Assembly: GCA_964016885.1 (NCBI GenBank)
Contig: OZ024744.1
Location: forward strand, 50,406,001 to 50,470,000
Reading direction: 5' to 3'
Length of the DNA stretch: 64,000 bases
Origin: Eledone cirrhosa
Lineage: Eukaryota
Shown: positions 35,159 through 49,500 of the stretch, piece after piece
Layout of the letters: each line of letters opens with the position of its first letter
Numbering within the stretch: the first letter of the stretch is position 1
The notes under the pieces: model-generated
Databases searched by the model: none
The model's input: only the letters and a program-made list of their open reading frames with translations
Told to the model about the DNA's origin: nothing
Position numbers and translations under genes: made by a program

Positions 35159-36290
35159 AGACGATGAACAGGTATGGTCGCCGTTCGCCAGGTACGTTTT
35201 CCCACAGCTCGTCTCCTTGATGGAGCTGCAGTCCTGGGTCAGGAAAAGACCGAGGGATAGCGCTTGGAAACTGGAATATCTCCAGGCGCTCACTGCCCTC
35301 TGCCAGCTGGGCACCAGTATCGGTGGAACATCCACCTTGGCGTTCTATAGAGGACTAGTGGAGGGGAAGAGCGACAACGTTCTCAGAGATATCCTGGGCG
35401 TCAAAGAAGATCAGTTGTTTTCTCTCTCCAGAGAACTTTCAGCCCAGGGCCTATGGATAACTTCCAAAAATCCCTGGCCCGGCAGTGCTACCGGGGAGCG
35501 TTGCCGGTTCGAGATAAGGTCTACAGGCACGGAAGTGCCGTCAGCCGAGCCTGTCCGAGATGTGCGCAGAGCGACGAAACTGTCGTGCACGCACTCATTC
35601 AGTGCCCGAGCATTGCTGACTTGTGGAGCTATGTCGAACAGTTGCTGTCACGTGTGAGACTGATCCGGTTATCGACTGAGTCCATTGTGCAGATGGTCTC
35701 GCCGTCTTCCTTCGAGGAGGAAGGGCAGGCGGTTTTCATCTGCCTGGTGGCCATGGCGAAAGAGATTGTGTGGTGGACAAGGTTAAAAGGGTTAAAGACA
35801 GACACTTTCCTCTTCGGCGAATCCCTAATTAACTTTTTCAAGTTTCACTTGAAGAGGAAAATCAGGGTGGAGAGACAAGTGCTGCTTTCTAGCAAGTTTG
35901 TTGAAAGGTGGGTGAATGTAGCGAGAATGGTCCGAGTGAACGGGACCACTCTGAATATACGCCTGTAGTTTGAGGAATGGAAAAATTGAGAGAGGGCGCT
36001 TGCCCTGGTGGTCAGGGTGGCCGTGGTCTTTTGTGTGGTTTTCGCAACGAGTAACCCTCGGAGGTTTCTCCCCTATTGGGTAATTTTTCATTGTTTCAAT
36101 TTTCATTTTTATTGTTTATATATATATGTTTCTATGTCTTTTTTTCTTTTTTTCTCATATAAATAATAAAAATCTTTACACTCACAAAACCCACATCGTA
36201 CCGTCCTGTACCGTCCTGTGCCGTCTGTAATATTTTTCTTGATATCAGCCCTTGTGGCCAATAAAGAAATCATTATTATTATTATTATTA
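35159..36290 (+). mobile_element. Tx1-clade LINE copy 1 (3' portion)
   Basis: zf-RVT RACPRCAQSDETVVHALIQCP; ends AATAAAGAAATC(ATT)n. Confidence 0.9.
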
Positions 36291-39200
36291 CACCCAGCAA
36301 CAACGACAAGATAATAGCAGAACCCCACCCACCCCCAGAAAAAGAAATGCACAACAATAAATACACAAACAAGAAACTAATGACTTACATAATTGAACAC
36401 ACAGACATTTCACAACACGACTACATAATACCAGCACCAATCAAAACACCAGCGAACATAAGACTGGTAAGAATATCACAGAAACAATACACAAACATTA
36501 AAATGAAATTCACCAATGCAGTTGGTGATTTCAGAGACCTAGGAGGGACACTCAACCGGAGAGTATACTCGGATATACTCACAGAAGAGCCGACGACCAG
36601 CCGAAGGGACGGTTCAACGGTCCCTTCACCAGACGATCAAGGTAAGTGATCCTTTCTCACTTTCCCCGTTCATCACCCAACATGGCCGTATTCAGGATCG
36701 GAAGTGTAAACGTGCGTGGCTTGAGCTCGGTTTGGAAGCAGGGTCACTTGCTTAACCACCTCAGATCACTAAACATAGATGTGGTGGCCATCAGCGAGAT
36801 GAGAATCTCCGAAACGCAAGCTTTCGCACCGATATCCGACGGTTACGAGGTGTACGCATTCCGAGCCGTCCGGGAAGGCTTGGGTCTCGCCTACGGACCA
36901 TCTTCCTGGACCCAGAAGGTAAGTCGGTGGTGCTGGACCGAAGGCAACGCTTTCAGGCTAGTAGCTGTCTATGCCCCGACAGGGACAGGACGGCCCAGAT
37001 TTCTTTAGACGTCTAGAGACCTTTCTTGGAACGTCGCGCTCTTTAGTGTTAGTGAATGACTAAAACGGTATCTTGGATGCACGCTGGGATTGTGTGGGGA
37101 TAGTGGATAGGGGAGGAGGGTGCAAGAGCCTCACCGACCTGCTCAGACGTTTTGAACTGTCTGACAGGTATCGACTGGATCACCCGAATGTGCCAATGTG
37201 GACATGGACAAACTGCATCGGATCATCCAGATTGTATCTCGATAAGGTATTCTGCAGAGAACTAGAAAAGGCTAATATAAGTTGTCCACAATTTAAAATA
37301 GTCGACTACACAGACCACAAATTTGTGATCTGTGAGATCGACATAGACAGACTCCATAGACAAGGGCCCGGTTACTGGAAGCTGAACGCGTCTTTCCCGG
37401 CGCGCAAAGCCTACAAAGACCAGATTAGCGTATTAGTTAAGCGGGCGTTGACGGGAGCGGTCGTCAACAACAGGTGGTAGTTCGCCCTGAAAAGGGCAAT
37501 TGAAGTTGAGTCGATTAGGTTAAGCAAAGGACTAGTGATAGAGAAAAATAGAGTAGAGGGAGAGCTAGTCAGAAAGCTAGAAGAGGCGTTTAGGACAGGC
37601 ATCGCAACTGACGTGCTTGCGGCGAGATTGGCACTCGACCAATTCTTTAACGCAAAACACGAAGGCAGCGTTGTCAGAGCTAGAGCGCGTGCTCTGAAAC
37701 ACGAGGGTACAAAAGCCGTCCAATGGGCCCGGGTGGCAGAGGCGCCACGTGGCAACAAAGCCACAATTCGGTTTTTATCTGACCAAAACGGGCGCGTGTT
37801 GCTCGAACCCGAGCAGATGTGTGAAGCTTTTCAGCAGCATTTTGCTGAACTGTTCGGGAGCAGTGAGGGGCCAGATCGGGGTATGGACTTCAGTGCATAC
37901 TTCGACGGACTGCCTCGGCTCTCTACGACCGCAGCACAGTGTTGCGAAAAGCCAATAACAGCCGGTGAAATACAGGAAGCGATGGCTAACTGCACGAGGG
38001 GTAAATTGCCAGGTTTGGATGGTCTGCCCTACGAGCTTTATGCATTTATGCCAGACTTGTTCGGTGACCTCTTGGCAGAGGTCTACTGCTACTGGCAGCA
38101 GAACTGGAGCATTCCCAGTTTTGTGAGCCGGGGAGCGGTGGCGTTGCTCAGAAAAGACCCGAACAAGGAGGATGTTATCGATAACTTCAGGCCCATAACT
38201 CTGCTAAACGCAGAGTTTAAGATTTTGGCCAAGGTGTTTGCAACGAGGTTGGCGCTTGTCGTCAAAGGTCTGGTGGGGAGAGGCGCAGATATGCACCATT
38301 CCGGACGGATCCATACACGACAACCTCCATCTCGTGCGATACATCATAGAGAGGGTGGTTAAGGAACCTAGCATGGGTGGGCCCTGATCAACTTGAATCA
38401 ATCCAAAGCATTCGATAGGGTCGTCCATCAGTACCTGGCGGCGGTCCTCGAGGCAGCCGGTTTCGGGCCCGTTTTCAGGAGTTGGAACGCTGCAATGTAC
38501 AGCGACATCTGCTCAGTTGTGAGGGTGAACGGTCACCTGTCGCAGCCGTTCAGCATCATGCGCTCGGTCCACCAGTACCTCTTGTACGTATTGGCTCTCG
38601 AGCCGTTAATGCACAAACTGGGGGTGATAAGAGGCGTCCCACACGAACTAGGATGTGGGAAATCCGAGTCAGCTTACGCCAACGACGTCACCGTGGTGGT
38701 GTCGAGCACCAGACACGTCCAGATGCTCGGCACCACTCTCAAGGAATACAAACCGGTGACAGGAGCAAAGACAAACCAGGAAAAGTCGGTGGGCTTGCAG
38801 CTCGGCACCTGGAGAGGCAAGTCCATGCCGTCCGACAGCGTCGTGTGGCATTGGACGGACGGACTGGTTAAATTGCTCGGGGTCTGGTTCGGACTGGACC
38901 TCCAGATGGAGAAAAACTGGAGCGAGGTGACGAGCAGGGTGGCCTCCCTCACCCCAAAATGGGCTGAGAGGAAGCTGTCCCTGAAAGGCCGGGCGGAGGT
39001 GGCGAATGCGTACATCGCATCCGTCATCTGCTACCGCCTCACCGTCGTCCCTTGCCCCGGCCCAACTGTGACCAAAATGGAGCGCCTCCTCTTCCGCTTT
39101 TTGTAGAAGGGACGCGCTCCCATGATCAGACGATCCATCTGCTGTCAACAGCCGTTGCGTGGAGGACTGGGCATGCCATGGCTGATGATGCGCAAACATG

Positions 39201-40341
39201 CGCTGAGGCTGCGACATCTGTGGTGCTTCCTTGATGGTGAACAGGTGTGGTCGCCGTTCGCCAGACACGTTTTCCCACAGCTCGTCTCCTTGACGGAGCT
39301 ACAGTCCTGGGTCAGAAAAAGACCGAGAGATAGCGCTTGGAAACTGGAATGTCTCCAGGCGCTCACTGCCCTCTGCCAGCTGGGCACCAGTATCGGTGGA
39401 ACATCCACCTCGGCTTCTATCGAGGACAAGTGGAGGGGAAGAGCGACGACATTCTCGGAGAGATCCTGGGCGTCGAAGATCAGCTGTTTGCTCTCTTCCG
39501 GAGAACTTTCAGCCCGGGGCCTATAGATAACTTCCAAAAATCCCTGACCTGGCAGTGCTACCGGGGAGCGCTGCCGGTTCGAGATAAGGTCTACAGGCAC
39601 GGAAGTGCCGTCAGCCGAGCCTGTCCGAGATGCGCGCAGAGCGACGAAACCGTTGTGCACGCACTCGTTCAGTGCCCGAGCATTGCTGACTTGTGGAGCT
39701 ATGTCGAACAGTTGCTGTCGCGTGTGGGACTGATCCGGTTGTCGACTGAGTCCATTGTGCAGATGGTCTCGCCGTCTTCCTTCGAGGAAGAAGGGCAGGC
39801 GGTTTTCATCTGCCTGGTGGCCATGTTGAAAGAGATTGTGTGGTGGACAAGGTTAAAAGGGTTAAAGACAGACACTTTCCTCTTCGGCGAATCCCTAATT
39901 AACTTTTTCAAGTTTCACTTGACGAGGAAAATCAGGGTGGAGAGACAAGTGCTGCCTTCTAGCAAGTTTGTTGAAAGGTGGGTGAATGTAGCGAGAATGG
40001 TCCAAGTGAACTCTGAATATACGTCTGTAGTTTGAGAGATGGAAAAATTGAGAGAGGGCGCTTGCCCTGGTGGTCAGGGTGGCCGTGGTCTTTTGTGTGG
40101 TTTTCGCCACGAGTAACCCTCGGAGGTTTGCCCCCTATTGGGTAATTTTTCATTGTTTCAATTTTCATTTTTATTGTTTATATATATACGTTTCTATGTC
40201 CTTTTTTATTCTTTTCTTATATAAATAATAAAAATATTTACACGCACAAAACCCACATCGTACCGTCCTGTGCCGTCTCTAATGTTTTTCTTGATGTCAG
40301 CCCTTGTGGCCAATAAAGAAATGATTATTATTATTATTATT
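36291..40341 (+). mobile_element. Tx1-clade LINE copy 2 (ORF1 end plus decayed ORF2)
   Basis: GSVNVRGL, VAVYAP, TDHK, GPGYWKLN, NFRPITLLNAEFKILAK, SKAFDRV; (ATT)n tail. Confidence 0.93.
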
Positions 40342-43300
40342 GGCGACCTACGTAGTAAATCGTATGATCGTGAGCTCCGCAAAGGTTTGTTATTTTCAGT
40401 TGTTTAAAATTGCCATTTATGGAAAATTTTTATTGTTAACTGTATATAAGTGCACATACATTGATTTCTGAAAAGGACACTCAAAAATATTGGGGCCATG
40501 AGCGCAAAATTTAAACTTTTTATAATTATCAAACAAAAATTTTTCTTTGAAAAATCATGGCTGACTCAGAGTCACTCCTTCCTCACAATCTAACACCTCA
40601 CACCGACACCACCATTGTAAATATTGCTACGTTTGCCAACACTGGAAATGTAAGCAGTAGCAATATTTTAAATTTGTCTCAGGCAGACGTTCATTTCCCG
40701 CCATTACCAATGACTGCAAGTGTTAAAGCCGCCACCACCACCACCGCGGCAACCACCACCCCCACCACCACTACAACGACAACAGAAACAAAAGAAAAAA
40801 ATAAATTAACTCGTGATATCGAAATGAATTCAACCAAAATGAACTCTTCCACACCGAACACCACTGACGCCACCACCACCACAACTGAAACTAAAATTAA
40901 CAATAGCAAAAATAACGATAACAACAACAGCAACAATGAAATTAAGAAAACTACCCTGCGTTTTGCCAGAGCAGCAAAAACGTGCGAAGCGATCCAGGCA
41001 ACTCAGGAGGAATTTAGAAGAAGCCAAAGGAATGGTAAAGAAAGATGGGTACAGGGTCAGCCTCACCCGCCCACCTAATAAAATGGAGCAACGTCGCCTA
41101 TGCACCGTGTATTATCGGACAATTAACGTAAAATCGCGCCGAGTGGAACGGGCATCCGAGTCTCAAATCCAAAAAGCTTTGGGACATGTGTGGGCAAAAA
41201 AACCCACATCAGACGTGGGCAGAAGTATGGAACCGTGGACGTGTTCTTTGAAACACCACAGGAGGCCAGAGAACACTCCATGGCCCCATTAAGAAGTGAC
41301 GACTTCACACTCGTCCCAAGCTATTGTGGCCAGAGACTTGTGAAGATCAGGGTGACCCACGTTCCATCGGCCATCGAAATTCCCTGGCCAATGGCTGCCG
41401 TCCTCGCCGGCATCGAGGCCAACACCAAGATAATGGAAATATCGAAAGAAAAGCAGGAGAACTGGTCCGGATCTGGGATGGAGCTCCTGATCCAAGCGGA
41501 CCATAAAAGCATTGAGGAGATCCCAGAGGTAATAGACCTCACTGACGGCAGCCACCTCACTGTAATCGTCGAGGGTGGAAGACCTAGGTGTGTCGTTTGT
41601 GGTGAAGGAACCCACCTAAGGGCTTTCTGCCCTCAGGCTAAAAGGTTGAGGCCACCTCTATTACCCACCCCAGTGACTCAACCATCAACACCACCAGCAG
41701 CAGAAATGGCAGCAACAACAGAAGCAACTGTAACAGCAACAACCCCAGCAATAGTAGCAAAACCAACACCACCCAACGCGCCAGAACTAGCACCAGCGCC
41801 TACACCATCCACCACGCCACAACCAAAATCAACGCCTGTGGAGGATTTTCCACTCCCCAGCTTATCGCAACTGGAGACAGATTGTGACGACGAGGAGTGG
41901 GAAACGGTATCAGGAAAAAAGAAAAAAAGAAACCAAAAAAGAAAAATTTCTCTTCCTTCCCCCTCCAAAAATAAAATACAGAGGGAAACAAATAACAGAT
42001 ATGCCACCATCCACACCAGCATCACCAAACCCATCACCACAAACACCAACACCATCACCATCATTAACCCCAACACCACCATCACCAACACCACAAAAGT
42101 CACCAAAAAGCGTAACAGAAACAAACCCACAACAAACGCAAACAAAACAAAACAACCAAAACGATACACACTACACAGCATTAAATTTGAACAACCAATT
42201 ATTACACTACATGCAACACAACACCAGCATCACAGAAAAAGACTACACAACAACCCAAAAGTTCACACAACCTCCACACATACAAATCACTCGCATCACA
42301 CAGAAAACGTACACGACACTAAAACAAAAATTCCCCAAAGACATCGGAGACTTCCGACAAACACAATCGAGGAGGATTTATAAGGACATCCTTCCGGAGG
42401 AGGCCACAAGCAGTGAAAAGGATGGACAAACCATCCTTCCTCTACGAGAAGTAAGGTAAGTGGTCTTTCCCATCTTTTCCACTCCATTTCAACATGACCT
42501 CACTCAGAATAGGCAGCATAAATGCGCATGGCTTGGGGACGTCATCGAAGCAGGGCCACCTGCTCAACGACATCAGGTCACTAAACATAGATGTAGTGGC
42601 CATCAACGAGACCAGAATCTCCGAAGCACGGGCTTTCGCACCGATCTTCGGCAGCTACGATGTGTACGCATCTCCCAGCCGTCCGGGATCGGGGGGAGGA
42701 GTTGCTGTGCTTTTTCGGAGAGGTTTGGATCTCGCCACACGAGCCATCTTCCTGGACCCAGAAGGTAAGTTAGTGGTGCTAGACGTGACCAGCGGAGACG
42801 GGCAAACTTTCAGGTTAGTGGCCGTCTATGCCCCGACAGGAGCAGGGCGGCCTGATTTCTTCCGGCGTCTGGAGACCTTTCTTGGAACGTCCCGCTCTTT
42901 AGTGTTAGTGGGCGACTGGAACGGGATCTTAGATGCACGCTGGGACTGTGTGGGATTAGCGGATAGGGGAGGAGGGTGCAAGAGCCTCACCAACCTGATC
43001 AGGCGTTTTTAACTGTCTCACAGGTACCGATTGGATTTCCCGAATGTGCCAATGTGGACTTGGACAAATCGCATAGGGTCATCCAGATCATATCTAGATA
43101 GAGTATTTTGTAGAGAAATATATAGGTCTAGCATAGGCTGTCCACAATTCAAGATAGTCAGCTACACGGACCACAAATTCGTGATCTGTGTGCTTGACTT
43201 AGATAGGCTTCATAGACGAGGACCCGGCTACTGGAAGCTAAACGCGTCCTTACCGGCGCGCAAGGCCTGCAGAGACCGGATTAGCGAAGTAGTAAAGCGG

Positions 43301-46152
43301 GCGTTGACGGGGCTATCGTCAACAACAAATGGCGGTTTGCTCTGAAAAGAGCAATTAGAATAGAGTCCATTAGGTTTAGTAAGCAATAGAGAAAAATAGA
43401 GCAGAGGGAGAATTAGTTAGAAAATTAGACGAGGCGCTTAGCAAAGGCATCGCGACCGACGTACTTGCGGCGAAATTGGTCCTTGACCAATTCTTCAACG
43501 CAAAGCACGAAGGCTGCGTTGTCAGAGCTAGGGTGCGTGCTCTCAGACACGAGGGGACGAAAGCCATTCAATGGGCCCGAGTGGTGGAGGCGCGTCGTGG
43601 CAATAAAGCCACGATCCGGTCTTTGGTGGACCACGACGGGCGCATGCTACTCGATCACGGGCAAATGTGTGAAGCTTTTCAGCGACACTTCGCTCAGTCG
43701 TTGGGGGGTAGCGGCGGGCCGGATCGAGGGATGGACTTTAGTGTCTACCTCGACGGACTGCCGCGGCTCTCGGCCAGTGAGGCGGAGTGTTGCTAAAAGC
43801 CGATAACAGCCGCTAAAGTACGGGAGGCAATGACTAGCTGCACAAGGGGTAAATCGCCTGGTTTGGAAGGTCTGCCCTATGAACTTTACGTACAGATGCC
43901 AGACTTGTTCGGAGGCCTCTTGGCGGACATCTACTGCAACTGGCAACAGAACGGGAGAATTCCCAGCTCTGTGAGCCTAGGAGCTGTGGCGCTGCTGAGA
44001 AAGGATCCGAACAAGGGGGATAACATAGATAATTTTAGGCCCATAACTCTGCTAAACACAGAGTTCAAGATTTTGGCCAAGGTGCTAGCAAAGAGGTTGG
44101 CGCTTGTCGTTGGTGGTCTGGTGGGAGAGCCGCAGACATGCGCCATTCCCGACAGATCCATCCACGACAACCTCCACCTTATGCGATACATCGTAGAGAG
44201 GGTAGCTAGGGAACCTGGCACGGATGGGTCCTTGATCCATTTAGATCAGTCGAAAGCTTTCGATAGGGTCGACCATCGTTACCTAGCGGCAGTCCTGAGG
44301 GCGGCTGGCTTTGGGCCCATCTTCAGAGGCTGGATCGCTGCCATGCACAGCGACATCTGCTCTGTGGTGAGAGTGAACGGTCATCTTTCGGAACCGTTCA
44401 ACATCATCCGCTCGGTCCGCCAAGGCTGTCCCCTCTCGTCCCTCTTGTACGTATTGACTCTCGAGCCATTACTGCACAAACTGGAGACGTTGCGGGGGAT
44501 CCGGCGCGAACTAAGATGCGGAAGATCCGTATCAACATATTCGGACGATGTTACCGTAGTGGTGTCGAACGCCAAATACATCGAGGCGATCGGCACTACA
44601 CTAAGAGAATACGAAGCGGTGACAGGAGCAATGATCAACCAGAAAAAGTCAGTGGGCCTGCAGCTCGGCACCTGGAGGGCAGGTCCATGCCGTCCAACAG
44701 CGTCGTCGGGCGCTGGACGGACGGACCAGTTAAATTTCTCGGGGTCGGGTTCGGTCCGGATCTCCAGACGGACACAAACTGGGACGAGGTGACAAGCAGG
44801 GTGGCTTCTCTCACCCAGAAATGGGCCGAGAGGAATCTATCCCTGAAAGATCGAGCGGAGGTGGCTAATGCGTATATCGCGTCCGTCATCTACTACCACC
44901 TGACCGTCGTACCTTGTCCTAAGCCCCGCGTGACTGCGCTGGAGCGTTTGCTCTTTCGCTTTTTGTGGAAGGGACGCGCTCCGATGGTCAGGCGGTCCAT
45001 CTGCTGTCAACACCCGCTACGTGGAGGGCTGGGAATGCTGTGGCTGATGATGCGCAGACACGCGCTCAGGCTACGACATCTCCACCTCTTCCTCAACGGT
45101 GATCAGGTGTGGTCTCCGTTTGCTAGACGCGTCTTTCCCCAGCTCGTCTCCTTGACGGACCTGCAGTCCTGGGTCAAGCGAAGACCGAGAGGGAGCACTT
45201 GGAGTCTGGAATGTCTTCAGGCGCTCACAACCCTCGACCAATCGGGCAATGTGATCGGTGGAAACTCCACCTTGGCGTTCTATAGACGATTAATGTAGGG
45301 GAAGAGCGACGACGTACTTGGGGAAACTCTAGGCGTCGACGAAAATCAACTAGCCAATCTCTTTGGAAGAACTTTCGGGCCGGGGCCTATGGACAACTTG
45401 CAGAAATCTCTGGCCTGGCAGTGCTACCGAGGAGCTTTTCCAGTTCGGGATAAACTCTACAGGCATGGAGGTGCCGTCAGCCGGGCATGTCCGAGATGCG
45501 TGCAGGGCGACGAAACCGTCCTGCATGCACTCGTCCATTGTCCGAGCATTGCTGACTTGTGGGTTTATGTCGAGCACCTGCTGTCACGTGTAGGACGGAT
45601 CCAGCTATCAGCTGAGTCCATCGTGAGGATTGCCTCGCCCTCTTCCTTTAGCCGGGAAGGGCAGGCAGTTTTTATCTGTCTGGTGGCCATGGCGAAAGAG
45701 ATAGTATGGTGGACACGTTTGAAAGGGCTGAAGACGAGCACTTACCTCTTCGGTGATGCCCTGATTAACTTTTTCAAATTCCATTTGAAAAGGTAATCAG
45801 GGTAGAGAGGGAAGTGCTCTCTTCCCAGCATTTTGTTGAAAGATGGGTGAGAGAAGCAAGTATGGCCCGTGTGAATGGCCCTACTCTGAGTATCTGTCTG
45901 TAAATTAAAGGTGGAAAACTGGGAGAGGGCACTTGCCCTGGTGGTCAGGGTCACTGTGGCCTTTTACTGGGCTTTCTCCACAAATGTCCCTCGGAAGTCT
46001 CCCCCCTATTGGGGAATTTTTCATTGTTATTTTTTTGTTACATCCTCTGTTTTTGTTCTTTACACGCAGAAATGCCCATTTGTACCGTCCTGTATTGTCC
46101 TGCACTGTCCTTAATGTCTACTTTATGTAAACCCTCGTGGTTAATAAAGAAA

Positions 46153-46190
<38 letters not shown>

Positions 46191-46205
46191 GTTATTATCA
46201 TTATT
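40342..46205 (+). mobile_element. Tx1-clade LINE copy 3, probably full length
   Basis: Putative 5' UTR; ORF1 40557-42459; ORF2 from 42494 (GSINAHGL, SVRQGCPLS, YSDD, zf-RVT); (ATT)n tail; frameshifts. Confidence 0.93.
40557..42459 (+). pseudogene. Tx1 ORF1 (gag-like), frameshifted
   Basis: CX2CX4HX4C knuckle CVVCGEGTHLRAFC, Pro/Thr-rich linker, basic patch WETVSGKKKKR. Confidence 0.8.
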
Positions 46206-46456
46206 GAGGGCGGTGGATTGGTATAACCGATATAGCATCGGACACCATGCTTTGAGGCTTATAGTTATGGCCCTTTATTCTGAGTTCAAATCCTACAGAG
46301 GTTAGCTTTACCTTTCATCCTTATGGGCTTGAAAAAAAGTAATAATGTATTTATTGTCTACTACAGATAAAATAAAGCAACAGTAATGCACTGGGGTCAA
46401 TTTAATCAAATATCCCCTTCTACAAAATTCCTAGCCTTGTGCCTTTAGTAGAAATC
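46206..46456 (+). mobile_element. Full-length MetaSINE-like tRNA SINE in (ATT)n
   Basis: Head GGCGGTGGATTGG, B-box GAGTTCAAATCC, ends GTAGAAATC(ATT)n. Confidence 0.85.
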
Positions 46457-46596
46457 ATTATTATTATTATTTCCATTATTATTTTTATTGCGCATTATTA
46501 CTGCTTTACCGAACACAGCCCTGTATGCCTTGGATATGAGCAGTGCAGTTTTTGCTGATGTTGTTTTTATTGTATTGATAGTACTTTTCATAGTGT

Positions 46597-49500
46597 ATGC
46601 AGTGCCTAGTAGTGTTATCTTTTGTATGCTGTATATATTTGTAAGTCCTGTGGTACTATATATAATATATATACATTACCAAATAGTGCTACCTTTTGTA
46701 TGCTGTATATATTTGTAAGTCCTGTTATACTCTATATAATATATATACGGTACCTAGTAGTGCCAACTTTTGTATGCTGTATATATTTGTAAATCCTGTG
46801 GTACTCGATATAATATATATACAGAACCTAGTAGTGCTACCTTTTGTATGCTGTATATATTTGTAAGTCTTGTTGTACTTTATATAATGTATATACAGTG
46901 CCAAGTAGTTGTATCTTTTGTATGGGGCATATATTTGTAAGTCCTGTTGTACACTATATAATATATATAAAGTAACTAGTAGTGCTATCTTTTGTATACT
47001 GTATATATTTGTAAGACCTATTGTACTCTATATAATGCATATATACAGTGCCTAGTAGTGTTATCTTTGTTATGCTGCATATATTTGTAAGTCCTGTGGT
47101 ACTCTAGATAATGAATATACAGTACCTACTAGTGCTATCTTTTGTATGCTGTATATATTTGTAAGTCCAGTTGTACTTTATATTATATATATAGAGTACC
47201 TAGTAGTGTTATCTTTTGTATGTTGTATATATTTGTAAGTCCTGTTGTACTCTATATAATATATACAGTACCTAGTAGTGCTATCTTTTGTATGCTGTAT
47301 ATATATGTAAGTCATGTAGTACACTATATAATAAATATACAGTACCTAGTAGTGCTAACCTTTGTAGGGTGTATATATTTGTAAATCCTGTGGTAATCTA
47401 TATAATATATATAGAGTGCCTAGTAGTTCTATCTTTTGTATGAGGTATATATTTGTAAGTCCTGTTGTACACTATAAAATATATATACAGTAACTAGTAG
47501 TGCTATCTTTTGTATGCTGTATATATTTCTAAGTCCTGTTCTACTATATATATAATGCATATATACAGTACCTAGTAGTGTTATCTTTTGTATGCTGTAT
47601 ATATTTGTAAGTCCTTTTGTACTCTATATAATGCATATATACAGTACCTAGTAGTGCTATCTTTTGTATGCTGTATATATTTGTAAGTCCTGTTGTACTC
47701 TATATAATGTATATATACAATACCTAGTAGTGTTATCTTTGTTATGCTGCATATATTTGTAAGTCCTATGGTACTCTAGATAATGTATATATACAATACC
47801 TAGTAGTGTTATCTTTGTTATGCTGCATATATTTGTAAGTCCTATGGTACTCTAGATAATATATATACAGTGCATAGTAATGCTATCTTTTGTATGCTGT
47901 ATATATTTGTAAGTCCTGTTGTACGTTATATAATGTATATATTCAGTACCTAGTAGTGTTATCTTTGTTATGCTGTATATATTTCTAAGTCCTGTTGTAC
48001 TCTATATAATGTATATACAGTGCCTAGTAGTGCTATCTTTTGTATGCTGTATATATTTGTAAGTCCTGTTGTACTCTATATAATGTATATAGAGTGCCTA
48101 ATAGTGCTATCTTTTGTATGGTGTACATATATTTGTAAGTCCTTTTGTACTCTATATAATATATATATACAGTACCTAGTAGTGCTACCTTTTGTATTCT
48201 GTATATATTTGTAAGCCCTGTTGTACTCTACATAATATATATAACATCTCTAGTATTGCTAGATTTTGTATGCTGTATATATTTGTAAGTCCTTTTGTAC
48301 TCTATATAATATATATACAGTATCTAGTAGTGCTATATTTTGTATGCTGTATATATTTGTAAGTCCTGTTGTACTCTATATATATAGAGTACCTAGTAAT
48401 GCTATCTTTTGTATGCTGTATATATTTGTAAGACCTGTTGTACAATACATAATATATATAACATGCCTAGTAATGCTATATTTTGTATGCTGTACATATT
48501 TGTAAGTCCTGTTATTCTCTATATAATGTATATATGCAATACCTAGTAGTGTTAACGTTTGTATGCTGTATATATTTGTAAGTCCTGTTGTACTCTATAT
48601 AATATATATAGAGTGCCTAGTAATGCTATCTTTTGTATGCTGTATATATTTGTAAGTCCTCTGTACTATATATAATGTATATATACAGTACCTAGTAGTG
48701 TTATCTTTGTTATAATGGATATATTTGTAAGTCCTGTTTTACTCTAAATAATGTATATACAGTGCATATTAGTGCTATCTTTTGTATGGTGTATATATTT
48801 TAAGTCGTGTTGTACTCTATATAATATATATACAGTACCTAGTACTGTTACCTTTGTATGGTGTATATATTTTAAGTCCTGTTGTACTCTATATAATATA
48901 TATACCATGCCTAATAATGCTATCTTTTGTGTGCTGTATATATTTGTAAGTCCTGTTGTACTCTATATAATGTATATACAGTGCATAGTAGTGCTACCTT
49001 TTGTATGCTGTATATATTTTAAGTCGTGTTGTACTCTATATAATATATATACAGTACCTAGTACTGTTACCTTTTGTATGCTGTATATAGATGTAAGTCC
49101 TGTTGAACTCTATATAATATATATACAGTACCTAGTAGTGCTATGTATTGTATGCTGTATGTTTTTGTAAGTCCTGTTGTACTCTATTATATATATACAG
49201 TACCTAGTAATGCTCTCTTTTGTATGCTGTATATATTTGTAAGTCCTGGTGTGCTCTATATAGTATATATATACATTACCTACTAGTCCTAACTTTTGTA
49301 TGCTGTATATATTTGTAAGTTCTGTTATTCTCTATATAATGTATATTTACAATACCTAGTAGTGTTAACTTTTGTATGCTGTATATATTTGTAAGTCCTG
49401 TTGTACTCTATATAATATACAGTACCTAGTAGTGTTATCTTTGTTATAATGTATATATATTTGTAAGTCCTGTTGTACTCTAAATAATGTATATACAGTG

